From Dictyostelium discoideum (taxonomy: Eukaryota), in NCBI GenBank assembly GCA_000004695.1, contig CM000151.3:3360001-3424000 (forward strand): a DNA stretch of 64,000 nt, read 5' to 3'. Below the pieces are notes generated by a model, which saw only the letters and a program-made list of their open reading frames with translations, did not search any database and was not told the DNA's origin. Both the position numbers and the translations under genes were made by a program. This document shows, one piece after another, positions 42,431-55,159 of this stretch. Positions within the stretch are counted from its first letter, which is position 1. The number at the start of each line of letters is the position of its first letter.

Positions 42431-43471
42431 ATGAATCAAAATAAAAATAATAATAATAAAAATCCAAAAATTAATTTATTAATTATTGGATGTGGTTGTA
42501 TTGGTTTATCAACAGGTATTATTGCATTAAAGAGTGGTAATTATAAGAGTGTATCAATTTGGGCCAAAGATTTACCACCAAATACAACCTCAAATAAAGC
42601 AGCAGCATTATGGTATCCATTTTTATGTAATCCACTAGATTTAGTTGGTAAATGGTCAGCAGAAACCATGCAATATTATAAAGATCATATTATTAATGAC
42701 CCAAAATCAGGTACAATCACAAAGAAAGTAAATGAAATTTTCAGACGTCCACATCCAGAAGATCCAGAATGGAAACCATACATTAAATCATTTAGAAGAG
42801 CTAGAAAAGATGAACTACCAGATGGATATGTAGATGGTTATGCAATTGATGACGGTTTCGTTATGGACACTGATATGTATATGGATTATTTAGTCGACCA
42901 ATTCAAAAGTTTAGGTGGAATCATTGAACAAAGACACCTCGTTGATATTCGTGAAGCTTTTGTTGACCATGATGTAGTTGTAAATTGCACCGGTTTAGGA
43001 TCACGTGAATTATTCAATGATCGTACAATTTATCCAGGTCGTGGTCAAATTATCGTTATTAAAAACTCAACCGATCGTTCAATCATGGATGAAGAAGATC
43101 ATATCGCATATGTAATTCCACGTTTAACAAATACAGTTTTAGGTGGTACAAATCAAGAACACGATTACAATACAAATCCAACTAAAAAAGATACTGAAGA
43201 AATCTTAAAACGTGTAGCCATGATTTCACCACGTTTTGCTAAAAATAGAATTGAAATTCAAGGTGTTAAAGTTGGTCTACGTCCTGCTAGACATGAAATT
43301 CGTTTAGAAAATGAATTCTTTGAAGGTGGTTCAAAATTAGTAGTTCATAACTATGGTCATGGTGGTAGTGGTTTCACTGTAAGTTGGGGTTGTGCTATTG
43401 AAGCAATTAAATTAGTTGATCAAGGTTTACCAAAATTATTACATTTTAATAAATTAATAAGTAAATTATAA
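42431..43471 (+). CDS. D-amino-acid oxidase / D-aspartate oxidase family flavoenzyme, 346 aa, ending in the peroxisomal targeting signal -SKL
   Basis: N-terminal Rossmann IGCGCIGLSTG, an internal VVNCTGLGS, C-terminal HNYGHGGSGFTVSWGCA typical of DAO, and a terminal SKL. Confidence 0.8.
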   Translation: MNQNKNNNNKNPKINLLIIGCGCIGLSTGIIALKSGNYKSVSIWAKDLPPNTTSNKAAALWYPFLCNPLDLVGKWSAETMQYYKDHIINDPKSGTITKKVNEIFRRPHPEDPEWKPYIKSFRRARKDELPDGYVDGYAIDDGFVMDTDMYMDYLVDQFKSLGGIIEQRHLVDIREAFVDHDVVVNCTGLGSRELFNDRTIYPGRGQIIVIKNSTDRSIMDEEDHIAYVIPRLTNTVLGGTNQEHDYNTNPTKKDTEEILKRVAMISPRFAKNRIEIQGVKVGLRPARHEIRLENEFFEGGSKLVVHNYGHGGSGFTVSWGCAIEAIKLVDQGLPKLLHFNKLISKL

Positions 43472-43595
43472 AAAAAAAAAAAGTAATATTAAAAAAAAAG
43501 TAATAATAAAATAAAAAAAAAGAAAAGTTTTTTTAAATTTTAATTAATTTAAAAAACAAATATTTAAATGTTATTATTACAATAAATTATTATAA

Positions 43596-43647
<52 letters not shown>

Positions 43648-43674
43648 TTTATTTTAAACTAATTCTTAAACGAT

Positions 43675-43930
43675 ACTCATTTTTTCAAAAATTTCATCTA
43701 TTTTTAACTTTTTAAATTTTTTAACATTTTCAAATAATTGAACGTTACTCATTTTTTAAAAAATTGTGAGGTAACCATGGGATTTTTTCTCTCATTTTTT
43801 CAAAAATTTCATTTATTTTTAACTTTCTTAATTTTTTCTCATTTTCAAATAATTAAACGTTACTCATTTTTTAAAAGTTTGGGTGGTAACGTTGGGATTT
43901 TTTCTCTTATTTTTTCAAGTTTTATTTTAA
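43675..43930. repeat. Tandem repeat, about 2.2 copies of a 114-bp unit, roughly 90% identical, intergenic
   Basis: ctcattttttcaaaaatttcat[c/t]tatttttaacttt...gggattttttctc recurs at 43675, 43789 and (partial) 43903. Confidence 0.8.
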
Positions 43931-44066
43931 CAAATTCTTAAAAAAAAAAAAAAACAATATAAATACCAATTATGTATTGAAAAAAAAAAAAATCATTTCA
44001 AAAACAAATAAACTAAAAACAATAAATTTTAAAACAAATTCTTAAAAAAAAAAAAAAAAAAAAAAA

Positions 44067-44843
44067 ATGACAGCTGTTGACAATACTAATACTGGTTCAA
44101 TTCAATTTAATTCAAATTTTGTTTGTCCAAAGAATAGAAAAGAAATTGGTGAACTTATTGATCAATTTAAAAACTCATCTGATGGTGTTCCAAAAACCAG
44201 AGAAGAAATTAAGGAATATATTTCATTAATTAAGAAACAATATCGTGGAGATAAAAGAAAATTAAGACTTGAAAATAAAAGTCAATCTGGTAGTTCCAAA
44301 ACCACTGAACAAAGTGCTACAAATATAAATCCAATCCAAGTTCCTTCAGTTACTACAACCACCTCAACAAATGATAGTGATGAACAAAGTGTTACAACTA
44401 CAAATACTACAAATTCAAATCAAACCCAAAACCAAGTTCCTTCAGTTACCTCCACTACTACAACCACTTCAACAAATGACAGTGACGAGCAATGTGTCAC
44501 AACTACAAATACCACAAACTCAAGTCAAACTCAAATCCAAGCTCCTTCAGTTGCCTCCACCACTACTACAACTACTTCAACAAATAATGGTGATGATGTT
44601 AAAAAATCAATTAAAGAATTAAGAGAATTAATTAGAAAATTAAAAAAGTCATCTGAAACCCCAAAATCAAAAAAAGAAATTCGTTCAATTCAAAATCAAG
44701 AAAAATCACAAACATTAAATTATAATGAGTTTAAAAACACCAAAAGTGAAAATGTTCAAGTTGGACAAAATACTAAAAAACCATACTGTCATCATTATCG
44801 TAGAAATCGTTTAAATGATTGTAATACAAATTTAATTTCTTAA
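44067..44843 (+). CDS. Ser/Thr-rich hypothetical protein (258 aa) with three tandem ~39-aa repeats (..QVPSVTTTTSTNDSDEQSVTTTNTTNS.QTQ) and basic ends
   Basis: ORF with a nucleotide-level internal triplication across 44330-44600 and a probable mucin-like O-glycosylation region. Confidence 0.5.
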   Translation: MTAVDNTNTGSIQFNSNFVCPKNRKEIGELIDQFKNSSDGVPKTREEIKEYISLIKKQYRGDKRKLRLENKSQSGSSKTTEQSATNINPIQVPSVTTTTSTNDSDEQSVTTTNTTNSNQTQNQVPSVTSTTTTTSTNDSDEQCVTTTNTTNSSQTQIQAPSVASTTTTTTSTNNGDDVKKSIKELRELIRKLKKSSETPKSKKEIRSIQNQEKSQTLNYNEFKNTKSENVQVGQNTKKPYCHHYRRNRLNDCNTNLIS

Positions 44844-45129
44844 GTTGAAACCAATGTCAAACCAAAACTCCAAAATGAATCTGATCATAGTCAAGCTAGT
44901 TCACAAAAACTTGAAAAATTAAAATTTAAGAAAGAAATGTTATTAAGAAAAATTTCAATTGTTGAAAATAAAATTGAAACACTCAATAAATCTCAATCAA
45001 CCACAGTATCCCTCTAAACTATACAAAATCACCTCCTTTTATAATAAAATAAAATAAAATAAAAGTTATTAACTGTTTCTATTAAAATTATATTTTATTA
45101 TATTTTTTGTTGTACTATTAATTATTATT

Positions 45130-46719
45130 TTATAAATTTAAATTAATAAAATCAAGTTTATCTTGAAGTATTGCATTTGTAATTTCTCTAACATCAATAT
45201 CAGTTCTTCTATCATTTTCAAGTATTGGAATAATTTTTATAATTGAAGAATAAAGTTTTTGGACTTTATTTGGTAATTTAAAATTTTCAATAGATTTCAT
45301 TCTAAGACTAATGGCTTGAAAAGCTATGATTAAAGTCATTGAAACAATATCACATAGTTTAATTAACATTGATGCAGCACCATTTGCAGAGTGTAATCCT
45401 AAACTAACAATATCTTGATTAAACTGTTCAGTTGTTAAACTATGTATACAAGCAGGTGCGGCTTCTTGTCTTAACCAAACTACTAATGAAGTTTGAGAAA
45501 TTTGCATTCCTTTATAACCTTGATAAATTCCAGGATTTGGACTTAGGGAATTTGGTAAACCTTTAGAGAATTCACTATGCATCATTAAAGCAACTAATGA
45601 ATGTAAATGATTGGCAACCAAAGATATATCCAATTTAATACCATCCATTATTCTAGCAATATGATTACCCATAAAATTACCACCACTTAATACATCACCA
45701 TAATAAGGATCAATTAATGGATTATCATTAACTGATAAAATTTCTCTTTTTATTACAATTTTTGCATTACTTATATTTTCAGATATTATACCCAAAATTT
45801 GTGGAGCACAACGTAATGAATAAACTTCTTGTACTGATTTATCCAATTTCTGAACATTTTCAGATTGATTGAATGTAATATTACTGCTTTTGGTATTATT
45901 ATCGCTAGTATTAAAATATTTATTTAAAATTTGTGCAATTAAAATTTGACCTGGATGATTTTTTAAATTATGAATTCTCATATCGTAATGATCTTTTGAA
46001 GCTAATAAACCTTCAACTGCCAATGCGATACTACCAATTGCAGCTTTAAAAATAGTTTCAAATTTATTAATTGAAATACAACTAACTGAACTCATTACTC
46101 TTGTACCATTTACTAATGCCAAACCTTCTTTTGATTTTAAAACTAGTGGTTCAATAGATGTAATTTTTAAGGCATCTGAAGCATTCATTAATTTTTCATT
46201 ATACTTCACCATACCTTTTCCACATAGCACATTAGCAATATAACTCAAAGGTACTAAATCACCACTTGCCCCTACTGATCCATGCATTGGTACTTGTGGA
46301 ATTATACCTTTATTTAAATGTTTAGCCAATGTTTGAATTACCATTGGTCTAACACCTGACCAACCTCTTGAAAGTGCAATTATAATAATAAATTGTATAC
46401 CTCTAACATATTGATCATTAAAAAAATCACCAGTGCCACAAGTTAAAAAATCCAATAAATTACTTTGATGATAATCTAATTTATCAAATGGAATTATTAA
46501 ATCACCATTACCACCAAAACCAGTGTTTATACCATAAATTGCAACATTTTCTTTTAATTTATTTTCTAATTGATCTCTTCCTTTTTGTAAAAATTCTAAT
46601 AATTCATTAGTGAAAATAATATTTTTTTCACCTTTACTAATACTAATAATATCATTAATTTCTAAATTTTTATTTTCACCATCAATTAAAAAATTATCTT
46701 TATGGTTTGTTTCTATCAT
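45130..46719 (-). CDS. Histidine ammonia-lyase (aromatic amino acid lyase family, MIO cofactor), 529 aa
   Basis: GSVGASGDLVPLSYIA contains the Ala-Ser-Gly MIO-forming triad. Length and flanking motifs (GFGG, NGT, NPLID) fit HAL rather than PAL. Confidence 0.8.
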   Translation of the reverse strand: MIETNHKDNFLIDGENKNLEINDIISISKGEKNIIFTNELLEFLQKGRDQLENKLKENVAIYGINTGFGGNGDLIIPFDKLDYHQSNLLDFLTCGTGDFFNDQYVRGIQFIIIIALSRGWSGVRPMVIQTLAKHLNKGIIPQVPMHGSVGASGDLVPLSYIANVLCGKGMVKYNEKLMNASDALKITSIEPLVLKSKEGLALVNGTRVMSSVSCISINKFETIFKAAIGSIALAVEGLLASKDHYDMRIHNLKNHPGQILIAQILNKYFNTSDNNTKSSNITFNQSENVQKLDKSVQEVYSLRCAPQILGIISENISNAKIVIKREILSVNDNPLIDPYYGDVLSGGNFMGNHIARIMDGIKLDISLVANHLHSLVALMMHSEFSKGLPNSLSPNPGIYQGYKGMQISQTSLVVWLRQEAAPACIHSLTTEQFNQDIVSLGLHSANGAASMLIKLCDIVSMTLIIAFQAISLRMKSIENFKLPNKVQKLYSSIIKIIPILENDRRTDIDVREITNAILQDKLDFINLNL

Positions 46720-46904
46720 TTTTTTAAAATTTTTTGGATTTTAAATTTAATAGTAATTATATATTCTTTTTTTTTTTTTTTTTTTTTAAAATTTAATATT
46801 AAATTTTTATTTATAAAAAAGTGTTTAAAAAATAAAAAATAAAAAAAATATATAAAGATAATTTAACATGTGTTAATTTAATTAAATTAACACATGTAAA
46901 TACG

Positions 46905-46955
<51 letters not shown>

Positions 46956-47006
46956 AATATTAATCTTATATTATTTCTAACCCAATATTATTTATTTTTA
47001 TATTTT

Positions 47007-47043
<37 letters not shown>

Positions 47044-47141
47044 ATTTAATTTTTTTATTTTTTTTATTCCACCACCCAACAGAAAACACAAAACTATTAT
47101 TTTTAGTTTTTTTTATTTTTATTTTTATTATTTTTCAAACA

Positions 47142-47181
<40 letters not shown>

Positions 47182-47289
47182 TTAATATTATTATAATTTT
47201 ATAATTATTTTTTAAAAATTAATAGATTAATTAAAAGATCTTTCACTGGTACTGTTAATATTAATAACAGTAAATTTTTAAATTTTAAA

Positions 47290-48210
47290 ATGGCACAGTC
47301 AACAGTGTTACCAATGCATTGTTTATATGGCATATTTTTAGAAGGAAATTTAAAAATTCAAAAAAATGACCAAGAGGGATTAAAGAAATTTAAAGATAAT
47401 ATAAAGAAATTTACATTAGAATTGGATGAAATCGATAAGATATCACCACAATCTAGAATTGGAGGTGCAATTTGTTTTAGTTCTGATATTTGGGACACTG
47501 TAACAAAGAAAATATCAAAACCAAAAGAATTGAAATCCGTAAACACTTTAAGTTCATACATGCCAGGCACATCTCAAAGAGACATCCTCATTCATATTAT
47601 CTCTGATAGAATGGATACGTGCTTTAAACTAGCACAAGATACAATGAGAAATTTCGGTGAAGATCAATTAGATATCAAGCAAGAGATTCACGGATTTCGT
47701 AGAGTTGAAGAAAGAGATTTGACCGACTTCATCGACGGTACTGAAAATCCTGACGGTGACGAACTGCGTACACAATATGGTCTCGTTGCAGCCGGCCAGC
47801 CAAATGAATTTGGCAGTTACGTTTTCACTCAACGGTATGTTCACAACTTAAAGAAATGGTATCCTGAACCATTATCAGTTCAGCAAGATACAGTTGGAAG
47901 AACTAAAAAAGATTCAATTGAAATACCAAGAGATAAACGTCCAATTACTTCACATGTTTCACGTACTGATCTAAGTGAAAATGGTAAAGATTTGAAAATA
48001 GTTAGGCAATCTCTCCCCTATGGTCAAATTACTGGTGAAAAAGGTCTGATGTTTATAGCATACGCTTGTAGTTTACATAATATTGAAAAACAACTTCAAA
48101 GTATGTTTGGTCAATTAGATGGTAAACATGACCTACTCTTAAAATATACAACACCAGTAACTGGTAGTTTTTATTTTGCACCATCAAAAAAAGAATTATT
48201 AGAATTGTAA
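47290..48210 (+). CDS. DyP-type (dye-decolorizing) heme peroxidase, 306 aa
   Basis: A DFIDGTENP motif (DyP GXXDG), a distal Asp/Arg context and a protein size typical of class P/I DyPs. Confidence 0.75.
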   Translation: MAQSTVLPMHCLYGIFLEGNLKIQKNDQEGLKKFKDNIKKFTLELDEIDKISPQSRIGGAICFSSDIWDTVTKKISKPKELKSVNTLSSYMPGTSQRDILIHIISDRMDTCFKLAQDTMRNFGEDQLDIKQEIHGFRRVEERDLTDFIDGTENPDGDELRTQYGLVAAGQPNEFGSYVFTQRYVHNLKKWYPEPLSVQQDTVGRTKKDSIEIPRDKRPITSHVSRTDLSENGKDLKIVRQSLPYGQITGEKGLMFIAYACSLHNIEKQLQSMFGQLDGKHDLLLKYTTPVTGSFYFAPSKKELLEL

Positions 48211-48280
48211 ATAAACAAACAAATAAATAAATAAATTAAATAATAAATTTTATTTTATTTATTTTTGTTTTTGTTTTTTC

Positions 48281-49106
48281 TTATGGGACAATTACAAAAC
48301 CACTAAATGGAATACAAAGTATATTCTTTGGATTACAACTATGACCACCCCATGCCTTATTGAAAGAACCATCAGCTAAATTATAAGATTGAATAATATC
48401 TGTTTTAGCTTTATGGGATGATTCTGAATCAGATGTTGATTCTGATCCAAAATAAAATTCATCATCATCACCACCATCATTTCCATTTCTTTGAATATTT
48501 TTAAAACTACCATGTCCACCAAATGATAATGGTGATGAAAGTCCAGTACCTGATGTACCTGATGTACCTGATGAACCTGATGCTGAGCCTGATGCTGAAC
48601 CAGTTGAAAATCCACTTGATTCTGATGATGATTCTGATGATGACTCGGATGATTCTGATGATGATGATTCTGATGATGATGGTGGATTTTCTTTTTTAGA
48701 AGCATATGGTACTTCAACATAAATATGATTTTTAGTTAATGCTAATGAACCAGGTAAACCACTAACTTGACCATTAAAAATACCAATTAATTTAATTGAT
48801 CTAATTAATTCACCAGATTTACTAATTTGAATGATCATATCACCTTGATAGGATGGTACTGAAACGTAGATACTATCTTGAGAATCTTGTGAAATGGTTA
48901 TACCATTATAAGCTATTCTATCATTCTCATTGATTGGATTAAATTGTTTTAATAATTTACCAGAATTATCATAAACATAAATTACATTTATATCTGTAAT
49001 CCAAATATTACCATCACTATCACCTGCAATACCAGTTGTTGTATTAAATTCTGAATTTGAAATTATAAAATCTAAGTTTCCATCCTTTTTTTTTTTAAAA
49101 AAAAAA

Positions 49107-49150
<44 letters not shown>

Positions 49151-49867
49151 TTATTTTTACTAATTTAATTTTATTTAATAAACTTACGGTTGTATAAACA
49201 AATACTGCTGGTTGATAAGAATAATCACAATTACTATTTAAACTTGCAATGTAAACTTTATTATTTAGTTGGTCAACATTTAATCTTGAAAGTCCACAAC
49301 CAACTTTACCTTTAGTGTTGGTTTTTAAATTATTCCAAACTCCTTTAACAACTCCATTTTCATTAGCTTGATAAACACCTTGATGTGCATCTAATAATAA
49401 TAATGTTGATCCTAAAAATCCCATATCAACTGGTACACATCTTTCTGATTCATTCTATGTATATATATTTTTTTTTTTTTTTTTTTGTGATTTTATATGT
49501 TATATCAGAGGATGAATATATTAATAAAATTATTAATTTTCTAAACACTTTTCTTTTCTTTTTTTTTCTTTTTTTTTTTTCTTTTTTTGTTTATAAATAT
49601 ATTTACAGTTGATAAAAATGTTGTATAATTATAAATTGAATCACCACTTGTTGTAAATTCATAAAATTGGTTTGGATTTAAAGAAGTTGGATCTGTTAAT
49701 AAAATATTACCAGATTGAAAAGTTGAGGTTGATTCAGTACTACTGCCAGTACTACTATCGTCTTTATGATGTTTTCCAACAATTGAAATCAAATTTTTAT
49801 TATTGACAGAAACACTAAAAACACAACCAACAAAAATTAAAACAATAATAAAAGTGATTGATTTCAT
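48281..49867 (-). CDS. Secreted protein with a signal peptide, a possible beta-propeller (NHL/SGL-like: DGNIWITD, NHIYVEVP) and a Ser-rich linker; minus-strand model 49607..49867, 49187..49454, 48281..49084
   Basis: MKSITFIIVLIFVGCVFSVS is a signal peptide. The exon 1 donor is GTAAAT and the exon 2 donor is GTAAGT, with an AG acceptor at each exon start. The domain assignment is weak. Confidence 0.5.
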
Positions 49868-50552
49868 TTTTTTTTTTTTTTTTTTTTTTTGATGTTTTTA
49901 TTTATTAATTTTTAGTGTGTGTGTGATTATACATAAATGTAATTTATATAATATGAATAAAAAAAGCACATAAGACAAAAAAAAAAAAAAAAAAATAAAA
50001 TAATAAAATCAAAGACAAACAAAAACAATCAAAAAAAAATGACAAAAAAATGAAATTTAAAAAAAAAAAAAAAAAAATATTATTGGCCAGTAGGAGAAAA
50101 TAAAAAAGATTTTTCAGATATTTTTAGGTTTTTTTTTTTTTTTTTTTTGTCGGTTTTAATTCTTTATTTATTTTCATTTTAATTATTTTTCTATTTTTAT
50201 TTATTTTTTTTATTTTATTGTTTTAGTTTAAAAAATAATAAAAATATAAATAAATTAATGCACTGCAATAATTAATAAAATAAAAATGATTATTATTATT
50301 ATTTTTTTTTTTTTGTTTTTTTTTTTTTTTTTTGAAAAATATCATTTTTAAAACAGATATGATTATTCATTGAAACACAATCATTGATATTATTTTTAAA
50401 ATTTATGTACTTTGAGGTGGGCATTTTTTTGAGATTCATTCAATAAAGTGTGTTTAGATAAATATAGTAATTTTTTTTTTTTTTTATTTGTTTATTTTTT
50501 TTTTTTTATAATTTTTTTATATTTTTTTATTTAATTTTTCGACAAAAGAGCG

Positions 50553-50583
<31 letters not shown>

Positions 50584-50758
50584 TTTTTTGAAAAAATTCA
50601 TTTTTTTTTTTTATTTTTTTTTTTTTTCATTTTTCATTTTTGATGATCATCAAACTTGTATGATAAAGGGTGTTTTACATAAATTTTAAATTTAACAAGC
50701 ACAAATAAAAAACACCCTTCTTTCATTATTTCATATTCATATAGATTTTTAAACGAAA

Positions 50759-50813
50759 AAATCAAATCAAATCAAATCAAATCAAATCAAATCAAATCAA
50801 ATCAAATCAAATC
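50759..50813. repeat. (AAATC)n pentanucleotide microsatellite of about 11 units, just upstream of the 50837 ATG
   Basis: Direct reading of the sequence. Confidence 0.9.
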
Positions 50814-50836
50814 ATATATAAATATAAAATAAAAAA

Positions 50837-53800
50837 ATGGATGAAGAAATATTTGATAATCCAATTCAAAAATTAAATTATAATATAAGAACTGAAGAAT
50901 CAGGTTCATTATTAAAATATTTACAATCACAAAAATCAAATTTCACAGATTCTAAAAAATTCATTTCATTTAAACAAAAAGGAAATGATTCAGTTGGAAT
51001 TCGTAAAGAAATCACTCAAAAAAAGTCATTCCCATTAGATAATGGTTTCATTGGTACTGTAGCAGATCCATTCATTGCAATTGCATTTCAAATATCTGAT
51101 AGATTTAATATTGATGAATATTTAGCTTGCAGAATTTTATATTCAGTAGTTGATCATGTATGTAATATTATTAAAAAATAAAAAAAAATAATATTTATAA
51201 ATTTACTAATTTAGTTTTTATATTATTAAAAAAAAAAAAAAAAAAAAAGAGTACCACAAGAGATGAAAAAGAATTAATTGAATTATCAGAAAAATTTATT
51301 TACCAAAATAGATCATGCTATTTACAATTTTTAAGAGAAATATTACATGTAAATTTTATAATAAAAAAAAAAAAAAAAAAAAAAATTAATTAATTAATTA
51401 ATTACTTTTACTAATTAGTTTTTTTTATTTTTTATTTTATCAATATATATTGTAGACATTACAAAGTAGAGATTCTGTTAATGATATTAATCATTCAAAG
51501 ATGAAACATGATATATTACAATCATTTATTGGTGAATTAATTTCAGAGCAAACTAATGATAAGAATATAGTAACAATTTTAATTAAAACATTAGAAGAGA
51601 AAGTTAAAGATATGAATGGTACTGTAAATCCATTAGAATGTTGTTTTAGAGTAAAAGAATGTATTCAAATTGTTGAATGTTTATTTTTAATTTCAATTCA
51701 AGTAAGTATTAATTTATTTTTTTTTTTTAAAAAAAAAAAGATATTAATTTTAAAATTTAAAATTTAAATATTATTAGTTTACAATTAAAGAAGATATTAT
51801 TAAATTATATATCAGAGTTTTAAATCAAGTAATTGAGAAAGAAAAGAGGGAAGATTCAATTTTAAAGAAATCATTATTTGAAATTATGTTTACATTATAT
51901 TTCACAATTTTTGCAGTTTTTGATAATGTTAAAAATAGTCAAGTATTTAATGCAATTGAAAAAAGATATACTTTTAATGAAATTAGTTCAACTGATTCAA
52001 TTGAAAATGAAATTAAACAAATTGATAACCAACATCCAATTAAATCTTCATTATATGCAATTTTTAATATAATTTTAGTATGTAATTTTTTTTTTTTTTT
52101 AAAAAAAATATTTTAAGTTATTATTAATTAACAATTTTTTTTTTTCTTTTTTTTAATAGATTGCAAAAGAAAATAATAATAGTAATAGTAATAGTAATAG
52201 TAATAGTAATAGTAATAGTAATAGTAATAATAATAATAATCGTATTACCCCTGAAAATGATTCATATAAATTCCTTTTACAAGCAGTTCAAACACAAGAA
52301 TATCAATTGTCACCTTTAAATATCCTATTTGGTTCATTTATAAATATTTTATCTTGTAGATTTTTATCAAATTTATCAAGTCACCCAACTAGTATGTATT
52401 TTTATTTTTTTATTTTTTATTTTTTTATTTTTTTATTTTCTAAATTTAAAAAGAAAAAGACATTTTATATTAATATTTTTTATTTTAAAAAAAAATAAAA
52501 TAAGATATGGAATTTATAAATTCATTTAATTTAGTAATGTCAAATATATTTGATAATCATAATAATAGTTCAATTGAATTTTGGAGAATTTGTGAACAAA
52601 TTAATTATTTTCAAAATCTTTGGTTTAGAATTCATGATGATTTAATCATTTCATCATTTAAATTAATGGGGTCATTAGCTAGATGTAATACAAATGAAGT
52701 TTTCAATTTCTTTGCTCAAGGTAGTGCGCAATTTACATGGGCAAAATTATTCCAAAATTTTTCATCCTATGCTCATGCTTTAAATAGTATTGAATTTAGT
52801 CAATCAATTCAATCGAATCAAATGAATTCATCAACGACTACAACTCAACAAATTTCATCAACTCCACAACAACACCAACAACATCAGCAGCAACAACAAC
52901 AACAACAAGGTTATAATAACCAACAAATACCAAATACACCATATCAACAATTCCAACCAACAATGCAATACCAAGGACAACAATCGTCAATGCAACAAAG
53001 TGTAGGACAACAACAACAACCTCAACAACAACCTCAACAACAAAATACACCAAATACACCAAATTCAACAACAAGTTCAAATACAGCAAATACAACATCA
53101 CCTGTAAAGATTACACAATTATTATTATCAGAGAAAGATAGTGATGCACTTTCAAGTATTTTCCAATTGATTTCAAGATTGGTTGAATCTTCAATGGCAG
53201 TTGGAAATGTATTTTTAAAGATTGGACCATTGATTTCATTAGCATTTCAATTTGCAGTATCACAAGTTGATTCAAAATTAAAATCTAGTGCATTATCAGT
53301 GATTACATCATATTCTCAATATCCAATTTATGTAGCTGATATTTGGAGATTAATAAATGAAACCAATCTATTCAATAGTGGTCTTAGTGCAATTGGTGGG
53401 CTAAATGAATTATCTTTCACTCAACAATCATTAGAGTTGTTATTACAATTGATTCAACAATCATCATTCCTATTCGATAAGAGTAATCATTATCAAGAAT
53501 CTTTGAAACTCAAATCCTATTTAGATAGTTGTATGGATTTATTCAATTTATTAAATATAAAATCATTTAATACTTTGGATGAAAAATGGAAATTTGCTTT
53601 AACTTTGATGAAAATATTTGAATTCTCAATCATTCAATTCAATCAATCAATTCAAAATTTTCAAATTGATAAACAACATCCATGTTATCAATTATATATT
53701 GAATTAAATCGTTCTTCTTTATCTAGTAATTTGTATCAACAACAACAACAACAGCAAAATAAATATCAACAGCAACAACAACAACAACAACAAAGTAAAA

Positions 53801-55089
53801 AAACAACATTAGAGAATATTATAAAGATAATTGATTATTCAAATGATCAATCAATATTAATTCAACAACAAATTCAACAACAACAGCAACAACAACAACA
53901 AGGTTATAATCAAGATTCATCAAGAGTAATTTTAAATTTAGTATTCCAACAATTACAACAACAAGATAATGATGATTTTAATTTATTAGTATTGAAATGT
54001 TTAGATTTGTTATTGTTAATCTCTGATAATACAGTTTACGATATTGAAAATGCAAAGAGTTTAGTTGTTAATTTATCAAATATGGATTATAGCAGACCAA
54101 TTGTGTCAATTGCCAAATTGATTGACCATGAATTACCAGCTATTTCATTACGTGCAATTAGATTAATCTATAGTTTCGAATGTTATACTCATCAAATTTC
54201 AACGGTTTTCTTGGATAGTGATCCAAATTTAATACTTTCCAAGTTTATAAAGATGATGGAATTCAATGAATCCAATTTCGAGGATTTCTCTGGTACAAAC
54301 TATGATCAAACCATTTCATTCATTAGATATGCAAGTAATTCCGTACAATGGACAATAGCTCAATTGATTATGTTATGTCTTTCAAATATTAGTAGTGGAA
54401 GATATACATTGGCTCATTTCCTATTGGGTTGTTCATCAAATTTAGATCTTTCAAAGGATTTCATACCAAATAGTAAATCATGTTTAACTTTGATCATAAA
54501 GAATGTTATGAATTCACAATTCGTAGAGAGATATCCACATTTGGTCGATTGTTATCATGAAATCATTTGGAAAATGTCAAGTGATCCAATCACTTGGAAA
54601 CCAATGATCAAATATATTCAAGAGGAATTTCCAAACTATTATCATGATAGTTTATTAATATTAAGAAATGCAATTACAATCAATGGTTCATCAGAGAGAA
54701 GAACTGAAGCATTGATCTCTTCAATGTCATGGGTTTTCAAGACTTGTTCCATTTCAATTCAAAATTCTTATTCAATCGAAATGAAACAATTCTTAACTCG
54801 TTTAATCTTTCCATCATTGATGAACTTAAATCAACCTTCAATGAATGGTGGTATTGGTGGTCTTAATGGTACAATTAATAATGGTTTAATCATGGGTATT
54901 TCACCAATTAATATCTTATCACTCTATAATACAATTGAATTTCAATTACCTGAAATTAATAGACCAAGAATATTTTCAATGTATCCAAATTTAATTGAAT
55001 ATTTTACAACAAATATTAATATTAATAATTTAAATTCAAATAATAATAATAATAATAATAATAACAATAATAATAATAACAATAATAAC

Positions 55090-55159
<70 letters not shown>

